The notes: generated by a model from the letters alone, not told the origin. A DNA stretch of 64,000 nt from an uncultured Gammaproteobacteria bacterium (GCA_947259395.1 CAMYMN010000021.1:9434-73433), one strand, 5' to 3'. Positions 19,634 to 29,440 are shown, counted from the stretch's first letter. Translations and numbers: made by a program.

Positions 19634-20815
19634 ATGCGGGCTAGAAAGTCAAAAGAACCGAGCCGGCACCAGTTTCCCTGCAGCCAGTGCGGCGCCCTGC
19701 TGGTCTATGCCCCGGGAACCGAGTTCCTGGAATGCGGTTACTGTAAGCACAAAGAACCGGTTCCGTCACTACTTACGCGAATCCAAGAACATGATTTTCG
19801 CAGCGCACTGAATGAACTCGTTGCCGCGCGCCGTACCGACGCAGCTCGCCCACCTATTCAGGTCACACATTGTGATGCGTGCGGTGCATCATTTGAATTT
19901 GATAACGATATTCATTCCGGCGAGTGCCCATACTGTGGGCATGCCATTGTTCTAGAAACCGGTGCGGAAAAACTACTCAAACCACAGTCGTTGCTGCCGT
20001 TTAAGATCACCGAGGCCCAGGCGAAGCAACACTTCCGTCGATGGATCAAGAGATTATGGTTTGCGCCCAACGGCATAAAAAAGTACGCGCGGGATGACAA
20101 TCGGCTTTCCGGCATCTACTTGCCCTATTGGACGTACGACAGTCATACCGACACCAACTACGTTGGTGAGCGCGGTGACGCCTATCAGGTGCCGCAAAAG
20201 GTGGTTCAGGTGATAGACGGCAGGCGCGTTGTGAGAACCGTGATGGTGACCAAGATCAGGTGGACTCCGGTACGAGGCAGGGTGGCGAGATTTTTCGACG
20301 ATGTACTGGTCGGCGCCAGCCGGTCCTTGCCGCGGCAGATAACAGATCGCCTCCAACCTTGGGATCTGGCAAACCTGGTCGCTTATCAGGAACAATATCT
20401 GAGCGGGTTTGGAGCCCAGGCCTATCAAGTCGAGTTGGATGAGGGTTTCCAATATGCCCGTGAGATGATGAACGGTATTATTCGCGGTGATATCGCCCGG
20501 GATATCGGTGGCGACGCACAACGTATACACCGCTTTGACACCAGGCATAGCAGCACGACTTTCAAGCACATTCTGCTTCCAATTTGGACTGCGGGATTTC
20601 GATTCAAGGACAAGGCCTTTCATTTCGTGGTCAACGGGCGAACTGGGAAGGTGCGGGGCGAACGGCCATACAGTCCATGGAAAATCGGCATCGCAATTCT
20701 CATTGGCATCGTAGTGATCCTCGGCGGACTGTATCTGTTTGATTATTACAGCCAATATCAACACACCAATCCGATCCGCATACCCAAGATTACTCCTGGG
20801 GGTTACCGTTATTAA
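19634..20815 (+). CDS. Double zinc-ribbon protein with a C-terminal TM anchor (function unknown)
   Basis: Two CxxC...CxxC ribbons (CSQCG...CGYCKH and CDACG...CPYCGH), a conserved-looking central domain (GIYLPYWTYD) and the C-terminal TM segment IGIAILIGIVVILGGLYLF. Confidence 0.6.
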   Translation: MRARKSKEPSRHQFPCSQCGALLVYAPGTEFLECGYCKHKEPVPSLLTRIQEHDFRSALNELVAARRTDAARPPIQVTHCDACGASFEFDNDIHSGECPYCGHAIVLETGAEKLLKPQSLLPFKITEAQAKQHFRRWIKRLWFAPNGIKKYARDDNRLSGIYLPYWTYDSHTDTNYVGERGDAYQVPQKVVQVIDGRRVVRTVMVTKIRWTPVRGRVARFFDDVLVGASRSLPRQITDRLQPWDLANLVAYQEQYLSGFGAQAYQVELDEGFQYAREMMNGIIRGDIARDIGGDAQRIHRFDTRHSSTTFKHILLPIWTAGFRFKDKAFHFVVNGRTGKVRGERPYSPWKIGIAILIGIVVILGGLYLFDYYSQYQHTNPIRIPKITPGGYRY

Positions 20816-20844
20816 ATTAAATCGGATGCTGGGTATGGGCGGAT

Positions 20845-21405
20845 TTAGTTCTTAATGTTGAGGTGTAAATCGACGACAACCGCAACCTCGAATCCAATGA
20901 TGGGGTCGGTTGCCCACTCACCAGTTCCGATCTTGAAGTCTGTACGCTGCAGCAGTGTTTTGCCCTTGAGTCGCGCACCGTTGCCAGCGTCGTTCCACGT
21001 AAAAGGAAGCGCAATGCTACGGGTGATACCTTTTACGGTGAGCCGCCCGGACGCTTCGAAGGCCCCAGCTCCGGTTTGACGAAAACCCGTGGATACGAAT
21101 CGAGCCTGCGGAAATTTCTCAGCATCGAACCACTCTAAGTCCAGCATGCCCGCGTCCCGGTCGGCACTGTCGCTATTCACCGAAGCGATATCCACGACCA
21201 CATCAAAAAGCCCGTTCTCGAGCTGCTGCGGATCAAACCGGATACGGGTGTCGAAGCGCTCGAAGCGGGTGTCGAAGCCAACGCCGTCATAAGTGGCAAT
21301 GAATCCCAATCGGCTGCGGTCGTTATCGACGATCCACTCGGTTGCTGCAGCCGCTGCACTCAACACACTGCAGATCAGCACAGTTGCCGCCCGCGTTAAG
21401 TACAT
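20845..21405 (-). CDS. YceI-family periplasmic protein
   Basis: Signal peptide plus YceI-like sequence (SRLGFIATYDGVGFDTRFERF...TLLQRTDFKIG). Its start abuts the stop of the cytochrome b561 gene. Confidence 0.75.
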   Translation of the reverse strand: MYLTRAATVLICSVLSAAAAATEWIVDNDRSRLGFIATYDGVGFDTRFERFDTRIRFDPQQLENGLFDVVVDIASVNSDSADRDAGMLDLEWFDAEKFPQARFVSTGFRQTGAGAFEASGRLTVKGITRSIALPFTWNDAGNGARLKGKTLLQRTDFKIGTGEWATDPIIGFEVAVVVDLHLNIKN

Positions 21406-22028
21406 CAGTCCCCTTGTTTCCGCAAGCGACGCGTTGTTCCGGGCAGCATGCGCGTCAATATCTCATCCCGTTGCACGAAGTGATGCCAAAGCGCGGCCCC
21501 AATATGCAGCACCAGCAATGCGGCGAGTATCCAAAACAAAGTCACATGCACGAGTTCGGCTTGGGTCTGTAAGGCCTTGTCAGCGGGCGCAATGTTTGGC
21601 CAACGGATCAGCCCGTAAAGTTTTAGCGGAAAATTCGCGGCGGAATTGATCACCCAACCGCTCAACGGCATTATAACCATCGCCAGGTACATCAGCGTAT
21701 GGCTCGCGTGCGCCAGTCTTCGTTCCCAGTTTCGCATATGATTTGGCAACGCCGGAGTCCGGTCAGTCAGGCGCCAGGCGATGCGTACGACCACGAGGAT
21801 GAGTATGGTAATACCGATTGATTTGTGCCATACAAACAATTTTATCTTGGCGGGCGACATTGGATAATTCACCGCGATCCAACCGAGCACGAACATGCCA
21901 AGTATCATCGCAGCGATCAGCCAGTGTAACGCCTTGGCGATACCGCCCCAGCTGTGGTCACTGTTGCGAAGTGCCAACCTTTTGTTCGAGGACGCCCTCG
22001 ACCTCCAGACGAATGTGTACCTCATCAC
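21405..22028 (-). CDS. Cytochrome b561 family protein
   Basis: Four-TM protein with conserved His positions (KALHWLIA..., WHKSIG, HASHTLMY, LHIGAALWHHF). The start is uncertain: ATG 22028 overlaps the upstream YceI gene by ~70 nt, and TTG 21977 is an alternative. Confidence 0.75.
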   Translation of the reverse strand: MMRYTFVWRSRASSNKRLALRNSDHSWGGIAKALHWLIAAMILGMFVLGWIAVNYPMSPAKIKLFVWHKSIGITILILVVVRIAWRLTDRTPALPNHMRNWERRLAHASHTLMYLAMVIMPLSGWVINSAANFPLKLYGLIRWPNIAPADKALQTQAELVHVTLFWILAALLVLHIGAALWHHFVQRDEILTRMLPGTTRRLRKQGD

Positions 22029-22566
22029 CGACCCACTTGAGGTCCGACGTCATACCGAATTCCGAACGCTTGATCACAGAGCTGCCGGAAAAGCCGGCGA
22101 TGTATCGCCGCGATAATGGATGTGTACCCGCTCGATTGAAACGCATGTTCAACACCACCGGTCTGGTCACACCCAGCATGGTCAAGTCGCCGTGCACATT
22201 GACGGATTTTGGTCCGGTGGGTTCGATCCGCGTGCTGATAAATCGGATGTGCGGATAGTTTACAACATCGAAGTACTTACGTCCTTTGAGTCGGGTGTTC
22301 CATTTCTCGTCATCCATATCCAGGCTTTCCGTATCGATGGTAACCGTCACCCGTGTGTCGGTGAAACGATTTTCATCGAACGTGAATTCACCATTGAACT
22401 TTAGAAATTCGCCCTGAGAGTTTGAAAAACCCAGGTGACTCACAAAGAACAGGATCTGGGTATGCACGGTATCGAAGCGGTAGACATCCTGCCCCACTGT
22501 CGGCGCAGAATAAACGATGACCACGAGTAGCATACCGCGAATCACACTATGCACGAGGATCTCCAA
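21958..22566 (-). CDS. YceI-family protein (second copy)
   Basis: HTQILFFVSHLGFSNSQGEFLKFNGEF...VIKRSEFGM is YceI-like. It is the first gene of a YceI-cytb561-YceI operon. Confidence 0.7.
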   Translation of the reverse strand: MEILVHSVIRGMLLVVIVYSAPTVGQDVYRFDTVHTQILFFVSHLGFSNSQGEFLKFNGEFTFDENRFTDTRVTVTIDTESLDMDDEKWNTRLKGRKYFDVVNYPHIRFISTRIEPTGPKSVNVHGDLTMLGVTRPVVLNMRFNRAGTHPLSRRYIAGFSGSSVIKRSEFGMTSDLKWVGDEVHIRLEVEGVLEQKVGTSQQ

Positions 22567-22687
22567 CTACCTACAGTCCAGATAAAATCGAATGGAAAAC
22601 CAGCACCGAGTACTGGATACTGGGGCTGGTTGATCCCAGTCATTATTACGACAATACACGAGCACCGGGGTTCTACCGCTGCTGAGC

Positions 22688-24382
22688 TCAAGATCCAGAT
22701 GTTTTTTCGATCTTCGCCCAGGTGTCGCGCAGGGTAACGGTGCGATTGAACACCGGATGGCTGCGGCTATGATCTTGGCGATCGGTACAGAAATAACCTT
22801 GCCGTTCGAATTGGAACCGCGCTTCAGGTTCCATGTCAACGAGGCCTTGTTCCACTTTGCAATTGGTCAGCACGATCCTCGATTGGGGATTGAGATGTTC
22901 GAGAAAATCAGCCTTGGCAGCAGGGTTGGACACCAGGAACAGGCGGTCATACAGTCTTATCTCTGCATTCGCGGAGTGATCCGCAGACACCCAATGGATG
23001 GTGCCTTTCACCTTCCTGCCGTCTGCAGATGATCCTCCCTTGGTGGCCGGATCGTAGGTGCAGCGGATTTCGATTACCTCACCCTCGTTATCTCTGATGA
23101 CATCGGTACAGGTGATGTAATAGGCGTAGCGCAACCGCACTTCGCGGCCCGGCGCGAGACGAAAGAACTTTTTCGCCGGGGTTTCCATGAAGTCACTGCG
23201 CTCGATGTAGATAACCCCCGAGAAGGTTAATGGCCGCTGTCCCATCTGCGGATTCTTCGGGTGATTGCTCGCGGTTACCATCTCAGTTTGAGCTTCAGGG
23301 TAGTTCTCGATCACTACTCGCAGCGGATCGAGTACCGCCATTCTGCGCGGCGCCCGTTGATCGAGATCTTCTCTAATGCTGTTTTCCAAGACACTCATGG
23401 CGATGGTTCCCTGTTTTTTGGTTACGCCGATGCGTTCGCAAAAATCGCGTATTGACTCCGGTGTATAACCGCGGCGCCGCAGTCCTGATATCGTTGGTAG
23501 ACGTGGATCATCCCATCCTGAAACGTGGCCCTCATCGACCAGCCGGTTGAGTATGCGTTTGCTCATCACCGTGTGTTCGAGATTCAGGCGTGCGAATTCG
23601 ATCTGCTGCGGATGACCGGGGACATCCAGCTGGTCCAATACCCAATCATACAGGGCGCGATTATCTTCGAACTCCAAAGTACACAAAGAGTGCGTGATGT
23701 CCTCTATCGCGTCAGAGATACAGTGTGTGTAGTCATACATCGGATAAATACACCACTGGTCGCCGGTCCGGTAGTGAGAAACGTGGCGGATGCGATAAAG
23801 GATCGGATCGCGCATATTAATGTTAGGTGATGACATATCGATTTTTGCACGAAGCACATGCTGTGCGTCTTCAAATTCGCCGGCGCGCATTGCCTCGAAT
23901 AATTTGAGGTTTTCCTCCACCGGTCGATCGCGATAGGGACTTTCCTTGCCGGGTTTTGTCAACGTGCCGCGGTACGCGCGGATCTCGTCGCCGCTCAAAC
24001 TGTCAACGTAAGCTTTTCCTTGTTTGATTAATTCGATCGCGTAGTCATAGAGTTGTGCGAAGTAATCAGATGCGAAGTGTAGTGCATTCCATTGATAGCC
24101 CAACCATGCAATGTCATCTTTTATGGACTGGACGTATTCCATGCTCTCCCGCTCAGGATTGGTGTCGTCGAAGCGCAGATTGCAGGTGCCCTGATAGTCC
24201 TTAGCGATACCGAAATTGAGGCATATGGATTTTGCGTGCCCAATGTGCAGATATCCGTTTGGTTCCGGCGGAAACCGGGTCGCCACCCGGCCTTGGTTTT
24301 TGTTTTGGGCCAGGTCAGTATCAATGATGTTACGAATAAAATTGCTGACTGTAGGTTTTTCCACTTTGCCTGAAAAAATCAT
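22688..24382 (-). CDS. glnS: Glutaminyl-tRNA synthetase
   Basis: HIGH motif ([14 protein letters not shown]), KMSKS-like VMSKR, and collinear GlnRS-type sequence over 564 aa. Confidence 0.95.
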   Translation of the reverse strand: MIFSGKVEKPTVSNFIRNIIDTDLAQNKNQGRVATRFPPEPNGYLHIGHAKSICLNFGIAKDYQGTCNLRFDDTNPERESMEYVQSIKDDIAWLGYQWNALHFASDYFAQLYDYAIELIKQGKAYVDSLSGDEIRAYRGTLTKPGKESPYRDRPVEENLKLFEAMRAGEFEDAQHVLRAKIDMSSPNINMRDPILYRIRHVSHYRTGDQWCIYPMYDYTHCISDAIEDITHSLCTLEFEDNRALYDWVLDQLDVPGHPQQIEFARLNLEHTVMSKRILNRLVDEGHVSGWDDPRLPTISGLRRRGYTPESIRDFCERIGVTKKQGTIAMSVLENSIREDLDQRAPRRMAVLDPLRVVIENYPEAQTEMVTASNHPKNPQMGQRPLTFSGVIYIERSDFMETPAKKFFRLAPGREVRLRYAYYITCTDVIRDNEGEVIEIRCTYDPATKGGSSADGRKVKGTIHWVSADHSANAEIRLYDRLFLVSNPAAKADFLEHLNPQSRIVLTNCKVEQGLVDMEPEARFQFERQGYFCTDRQDHSRSHPVFNRTVTLRDTWAKIEKTSGS

Positions 24383-24653
24383 TGTTGCTGATGAGTGTTA
24401 ACGCCTACTTTATGAAAAATATTTGTGTTATTGACCGAAAGAAGTAGATTAGTCTGTTGATTATAACCTGAGATTGGCACATGCGATCGCGCATGAGTTA
24501 CTGTACGTTTTCAACTGGTAGGATTCGTGGAATGATTGATGCGGTGTGGATCTACCCAGAATCACAAAGCAAACGAGCAAGAGCGGGTTGAGTGGAGATA
24601 TATGCAGATAACATTCGACTGGATGGTATAACAGGCCGGTTAGGCTGTATGTA

Positions 24654-25076
24654 ATGTGGCGGCAATTCCATTTTAGTGTCAGTAGTCGGGGTAGGGGGAC
24701 CTACGATATAACCCGGGAGGTCAACGATCGTCTGTTACAAGCCGGGATCGCCACGGGACTTGCACATGTGTTCGTACATCACACCAGCGCATCCCTCATT
24801 CTCTGCGAGAACGCGGACCCGGCAGTGCGCCGGGACCTGGAAACGTTCATGGCGCACACGGTGCCGGACGGCAATCCGATGTTTGAACATAGCTCTGAGG
24901 GTCCCGATGACATGCCGGCTCATGTGCGAAGTGTATTGACTGACAATGGTTTGACCATACCGATCACCCGCGGCCGGCTCGCGCTGGGCACTTGGCAAGG
25001 GATTTATCTTTGGGAGCATCGCAGACAGGCGCATTCGCGCTCGGTGACGGTGACCTTCCACGGCGACAAGACGTAA
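24654..25076 (+). CDS. YjbQ/UPF0047 family protein (secondary thiamine-phosphate synthase-like)
   Basis: 140 aa with HTSASLILCENADPAVRRDLE...PAHVRSVL...GTWQGIYLWEHR, typical of YjbQ. Confidence 0.75.
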   Translation: MWRQFHFSVSSRGRGTYDITREVNDRLLQAGIATGLAHVFVHHTSASLILCENADPAVRRDLETFMAHTVPDGNPMFEHSSEGPDDMPAHVRSVLTDNGLTIPITRGRLALGTWQGIYLWEHRRQAHSRSVTVTFHGDKT

Positions 25077-25086
25077 CCATGGGGCC

Positions 25087-25335
25087 TAACCCGCAAATTC
25101 CACCCAGGCGCCTGGCCCTTATTCTCGGCGGTAATCCTTGAGCGCCGAATGTCGTCATTTCCGGGAACAAACGCCATGGGCGCCTCCGGTCTTTTACTGT
25201 GAATAACGGCGGGGCGACGGTCCCGTAAATTCTCCCGCGCTTCAGCCCTTTAGATCTAGGGTTCGAGGCTGAGCTGAACCGAGTGACACTCCGCGATCCG
25301 CCGTGAATACGTGCCTGTAGGCTCGGCCCAGCCTC
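25087..25335. repeat. Mosaic intergenic repeat: degenerate TIR-like end plus a ~120-bp module shared with 42264-42385
   Basis: TAACCCGCAAATTCCACC (25087-25104) matches the 28709 TIR at 16 of 18 positions. GTCGTCATTTCCGGGAACA (25151-25169) resembles 52794-52812. 25213-25332 aligns to 42264-42386 at about 76% identity by hand. Confidence 0.6.
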
Positions 25336-25449
25336 CCTGGTCAGCGTGCTGGCCACCACCTGGGTTTTGCGGCTTGTGGTGGTGTCGATATTTGACTATA
25401 TTAACGGTGTTTTGGTGCACTGCAACAAAAATTAGTCGGGGGTTGGTCG

Positions 25450-27255
25450 ATGAGCGATTCACGGGACACGCCCGCCATACCCTTCAATCCATTGGAGATG
25501 TCCGAGGCGTGGCTGGACATGGCGATGCGCAGTCAGCGTATCGCATGGCAGGTGATGTCCGAGCACCTACAACATCCGAACTCCTACACACCGGATCCGT
25601 TTAATCTTGCCACCGCTTACAGCAAGCTGGTATCCAGCCTGTTGACCGATCCCACAAGCTTGTTGGATTCCCAGAGCGCTTTTTACCGGGATTCGATCGC
25701 TTTGTGGCAAAACACCGTCAAGCGGATGTTGGGGGTGGACGGATTGGAACCGGTGATTGAGCCCGAGGCTGGTGACAATCGTTTTCGTGATGAGCAATGG
25801 TCGGACCACTTTTTGTTCGATCACATCAAACAGACTTATCTTTTGGCGGCGCGTCTGATCGAATCTGCGGTGGACAAAACCAACGGTCTGGATCGCAACG
25901 AAGCCGAAAAGCTGCAGTTTTTCACGCGCCAGTTTATCGATGCCTTTGCGCCCACCAACTTTGCACCGACCAATCCTAAAGTAGTGAGAGAGACTATCCA
26001 GTCTCTAGGTAAAAATCTCATCCGTGGTATGAACAACCTGTTGGCTGATCTTGAAAAGGGTGATGGCCAATTACGCATCAGCATGACTGATGTCAATGCC
26101 TTTAAGTTGGGCGAGAACGTCGCTACGACGCCAGGTAAGATCGTGTTTCAAAACCGGATGTTTCAACTCATTCAATACTCGCCAACCACAGACGAAGTAT
26201 TCAAACGTCCGTTACTCATCGTCCCCCCGTGGATAAATAAATACTACATAATGGACCTGCAGCCGAAAAATTCACTTATTAAGTGGCTGGTTACGCAGGG
26301 ACACACTGTGTTTGTCATTTCATGGGTAAACCCCGACGCATCCTATGCCGATAGCGGTTACGATGAATATGTATCCGAAGGTTTGTACGCTGCGTTGGAT
26401 GCTGTCGAATTAGGTACTGGTGAGCAAGAAGTAAATGCTGTCGGCTACTGTCTCGGTGGCACGTTACTGGCATCGGTCTTAGCTCACATGGCCGGAAACG
26501 GCGACGAGCGGATAAAAAGCGCTACCTTTTTTACTTCGATGATCGATTTCGAAGAACCCGGCGAGCTTGGTGTATTCATCGATGATCAGCTGGTGACGGC
26601 ATTGGAAGAACGCATGCAGGAAACCGGGTATCTGGACGCTAGTTGCATGGCGTCCACCTTCAACATGTTGCGGGCCAACGATCTGATCTGGACTTTTGCC
26701 ATCAATAACTATCTATTGGGTCAGGATCCGTTGGTGTTTGATCTGCTGTATTGGAATTCAGATTCCACGCGTATGCCGGCAGCGATGCATAGTTTCTATC
26801 TGCGCAAGATGTATCTCGAAAACCGGTTGCGGGAACCGGGCGGAATTACCGTTACCGGCACCCCTATCGATATTCGTGACATCGATATCCCGGCGTATTT
26901 TGTGTCCACTCAGGACGATCATATCGCGCCATGGAAATCTACCTACGCCGGCGCGAAACTTCTGTCTGGGCCGGTGCGTTTCGTGTTGGGGGCATCGGGT
27001 CATATCGCCGGCATCATCAACCCTCCGGCAGCAAGTAAGTACCATTACTGGACCAACAAGCAAAATCCGCTACCCGACAGCGCCGAACAGTGGCTGGAGT
27101 CTGCAGTCCAAAACGATGGTTCCTGGTGGAGCGACTGGGCCTCGTGGGCGGAACAACAATCCCAAGAAACAGTACCGGCCCGTCATCCCGGAGATGCTGA
27201 GCTCGAGGTCATCGAGGACGCGCCCGGCAGCTACGTTTCCAAACGCATTACGTAA
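25450..27255 (+). CDS. phaC: Class I poly(3-hydroxyalkanoate) synthase
   Basis: 601 aa with the lipase box GYCLGGT and collinear PhaC sequence (PPWINKYYIMDL, WNSDSTRMP). Confidence 0.9.
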   Translation: MSDSRDTPAIPFNPLEMSEAWLDMAMRSQRIAWQVMSEHLQHPNSYTPDPFNLATAYSKLVSSLLTDPTSLLDSQSAFYRDSIALWQNTVKRMLGVDGLEPVIEPEAGDNRFRDEQWSDHFLFDHIKQTYLLAARLIESAVDKTNGLDRNEAEKLQFFTRQFIDAFAPTNFAPTNPKVVRETIQSLGKNLIRGMNNLLADLEKGDGQLRISMTDVNAFKLGENVATTPGKIVFQNRMFQLIQYSPTTDEVFKRPLLIVPPWINKYYIMDLQPKNSLIKWLVTQGHTVFVISWVNPDASYADSGYDEYVSEGLYAALDAVELGTGEQEVNAVGYCLGGTLLASVLAHMAGNGDERIKSATFFTSMIDFEEPGELGVFIDDQLVTALEERMQETGYLDASCMASTFNMLRANDLIWTFAINNYLLGQDPLVFDLLYWNSDSTRMPAAMHSFYLRKMYLENRLREPGGITVTGTPIDIRDIDIPAYFVSTQDDHIAPWKSTYAGAKLLSGPVRFVLGASGHIAGIINPPAASKYHYWTNKQNPLPDSAEQWLESAVQNDGSWWSDWASWAEQQSQETVPARHPGDAELEVIEDAPGSYVSKRIT

Positions 27256-27295
27256 CCACGCCAAGTAGGCGGATCCCGCCGCGAGTCAAACACGG

Positions 27296-27847
27296 TTAAG
27301 GTTGAATGTACCGATAACCCTCGGCTTGGAAATCGGCGATGGCGGTGACACCCGAGGTCACTAACTTGACGCCGGAAATTACTTGTGAGGTCCGCACATT
27401 TTTCTTGCGGGCGGTGTTCAAACAGAAAAACACGTGGATATTCCGCCGCAATAGATCTTCGATATCTTCCTGGAACGGATTAGCAGTCTGGTGGCGCTCC
27501 ACGGCGGCATTATCGAGTATCAGTGGCCAGCCTTCCGCATGCACGATGGCGACAAGGTCGTAATCTTGCTCAGCCATATTGTGGTGCTGGAAATCAGATA
27601 AGGTGTTCAAGAGATTCTCAACCGCAAACGGCTGCGTTTGTGCGGGATCTTTGTAGAGTTGGTTGACTTGAAACAAGAACCTGACATTCCGTGTATGGTG
27701 TAAAGGCCGTGTTTTGTCAGCGGTTCCGGGCCCAAATTCCGCGTCGATGGTCTTAGCCAGATCGGGGAGGCACTGCTTCACATATTTCACATTGCGTTCC
27801 TCATTGTGGTGAGTTCGCGAGGCGCCAATTGTACCAATTACCGGCAT
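27296..27847 (-). CDS. DsrE/DsrF-like family protein
   Basis: The C-terminal ~110 aa (LVAIVHAEGWPLIL...VFFCLNTARKKNV...VTSGVTAIADFQAEGYRYIQP) resemble COG1416-type DsrE-like proteins. The N-terminal extension is unassigned. Confidence 0.45.
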   Translation of the reverse strand: MPVIGTIGASRTHHNEERNVKYVKQCLPDLAKTIDAEFGPGTADKTRPLHHTRNVRFLFQVNQLYKDPAQTQPFAVENLLNTLSDFQHHNMAEQDYDLVAIVHAEGWPLILDNAAVERHQTANPFQEDIEDLLRRNIHVFFCLNTARKKNVRTSQVISGVKLVTSGVTAIADFQAEGYRYIQP

Positions 27848-28079
27848 TACCCAATGTTGTTTAGAATCGATAATGACAATTCAGGTATTTGCTTGTGATC
27901 GCAAGGTCGTTGCGTAATGGATGACAAATTTAGCCGCGCCATGATCGGGCAAGCCTGCGTGGTTTAACAACGATCATCTTTCCGTGCCCTCATCCAGGTA
28001 ACGAACCGGTGGGTTGTCGGGCAAGGGCGTTTTCGCTAAGTTGTGGCGTCAGAGTATCTTCGAAACTTAATGGTGCCCA

Positions 28080-28685
28080 ATGCTCAAGCTGTATGATCTA
28101 CACCGTTCTGGCAACTGTTACAAGGTCAGACTGCTGCTAGCCTTTTTGGGGATTGCGTATGAGAAGATCTCCATCGATGCCAAGGCCGGAGAGCACAAGA
28201 CCGCGAAGTTCCTCAACATCAGTCCTCGCGGGCAGCTTCCAGTGTTACAAGACGAGACGCGAGTGATTTGGGATTCGATGGCGATATTGGTGTACCTGGC
28301 TACTCAATTTGGAAAAGGACAATGGTTGTCCACAGAACCGTACGCGATGGCAGCCACGATGCAATGGTTGGCGCTCGACCAAAACGAGATTCGCTACGGC
28401 TTGGGTCGCGCCCGAGCGATTACTCTTGGCAACCCGACACGATTCGCGCAACTGGGGAATCTGGAGGAATGCCGGGAGTTTGCGCACACCGCGTTAGAGG
28501 TCTTGGCGGTGCGGTTGCAGACCAACAACTGGCTCGTAGACGACACGCCTACCATCGCCGACGTGGCCTGCTATCCCTACGTGGCTATGGCATCCGAGGG
28601 CAACATTTCTACTGCGCCGTTTCCCGCCGTGCGTCGATGGTTGGCGCGTATCGAAACACTGCCCGGATATGTACCGCCGCCTTAG
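28080..28685 (+). CDS. Glutathione S-transferase family protein
   Basis: N-terminal thioredoxin-like GST fold (MLKLYDLHRSGNCYKVRLLLAFLGIAYE...GQLPVLQD) and a helical C-terminal domain; 201 aa. Confidence 0.75.
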   Translation: MLKLYDLHRSGNCYKVRLLLAFLGIAYEKISIDAKAGEHKTAKFLNISPRGQLPVLQDETRVIWDSMAILVYLATQFGKGQWLSTEPYAMAATMQWLALDQNEIRYGLGRARAITLGNPTRFAQLGNLEECREFAHTALEVLAVRLQTNNWLVDDTPTIADVACYPYVAMASEGNISTAPFPAVRRWLARIETLPGYVPPP

Positions 28686-28708
28686 ATCCAGCGGTGAATG
28701 TCGCGCTC

Positions 28709-28997
28709 TTAACCCGCATATTGCACCAGTATCCGGGAAGCTGGCGCACACTGCGACTCTGCGCAGCACAAGGGACAGGGGCGGCTGAACGCCGGACTGG
28801 AGCGAAAGTCATAGCTGTGCTATGGCTTGAGTGAAGTCCAAGTACTGCAACGACACCAGCACAAGTGCAGGCGTGCCTGGACCAGCCAGAGCCCGGATAG
28901 GACACCGGCCGTATACAAAACGTATTCGATATTTGCAAACAGTCTTTCAATCAGTTACCTCAAGGCCGGTGTCCGACTGGTGCAATATGCGGGTTAA
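28709..28997. repeat. 289-bp MITE/REPIN-like element with perfect 22-bp terminal inverted repeats
   Basis: TTAACCCGCATATTGCACCAGT at 28709-28730 and its exact reverse complement at 28976-28997. An internal inverted repeat pairs GGACACCGGCC (28900-28910) with GGCCGGTGTCC (28964-28974). There is no credible ORF inside. Confidence 0.8.
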
Positions 28998-29044
28998 GTT
29001 AGCGGTGTCCTAATTAGGATCGTGAGCACGGCGGAAAAAATCCT

Positions 29045-29440
29045 TCAACGAGGGTTGTCGGTTTCGGCATCGAGCTGTAGCCGTTTGTAGTATTCTTCCA
29101 TGTCCCCACTCACGTCCTCATCGCTGGTGGAGGTTGCCGCTGCGCCTTGCCCGGTTTCATCGGGGCTCGCTTCGCTGGCAACGCCGTAGCCGCTGGTCTC
29201 GGGGCCTCTGGGGGTGTCGGTATCGCCGGCGGCCGCACCGTAACCCCCGGTTTCCGCACCAGGCCCGGTGGTAACAGAGGTATCGGTGTCATCGGAAGCC
29301 GACCCGTAACCCCCTTCAGATTCCCCGGCGACAGGCGCCGGCAGCGAACGGCGGAAGTGGCTGTGATCGACGGCCACGAAAATTGCGCCCAACACGATGG
29401 CCACGCCCATAATCGCGCGATTGCGACGCCGCACCGGCAT
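29045..29440 (-). CDS. Small membrane-anchored acidic repeat protein (function unknown)
   Basis: Start MPVRRRNRAIMGVAIVLGAIFVAV (one TM helix). Three imperfect ~20-aa repeats follow (SEGGYGSASDDTDTS / ETGGYGAAAGDTDTP / ETSGYGVASEASPDE), then an acidic tail. Its ATG shares one nucleotide with the YeeE stop (TGATG at 29438-29442). Confidence 0.5.
   Translation of the reverse strand: MPVRRRNRAIMGVAIVLGAIFVAVDHSHFRRSLPAPVAGESEGGYGSASDDTDTSVTTGPGAETGGYGAAAGDTDTPRGPETSGYGVASEASPDETGQGAAATSTSDEDVSGDMEEYYKRLQLDAETDNPR

Noticed and set aside
20054-20764. 236-aa minus-strand ORF
   Set aside because: It is antisense to the zinc-ribbon protein gene and has no recognisable motifs. The plus-strand frame has paired CxxC ribbons and a TM anchor and fits the operon.
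26696-27268. 190-aa alternative-frame ORF within the phaC 3' half
   Set aside because: phaC is unambiguous across this region, and the alternative frame is Cys/Arg/Ile-rich with no recognisable domain.
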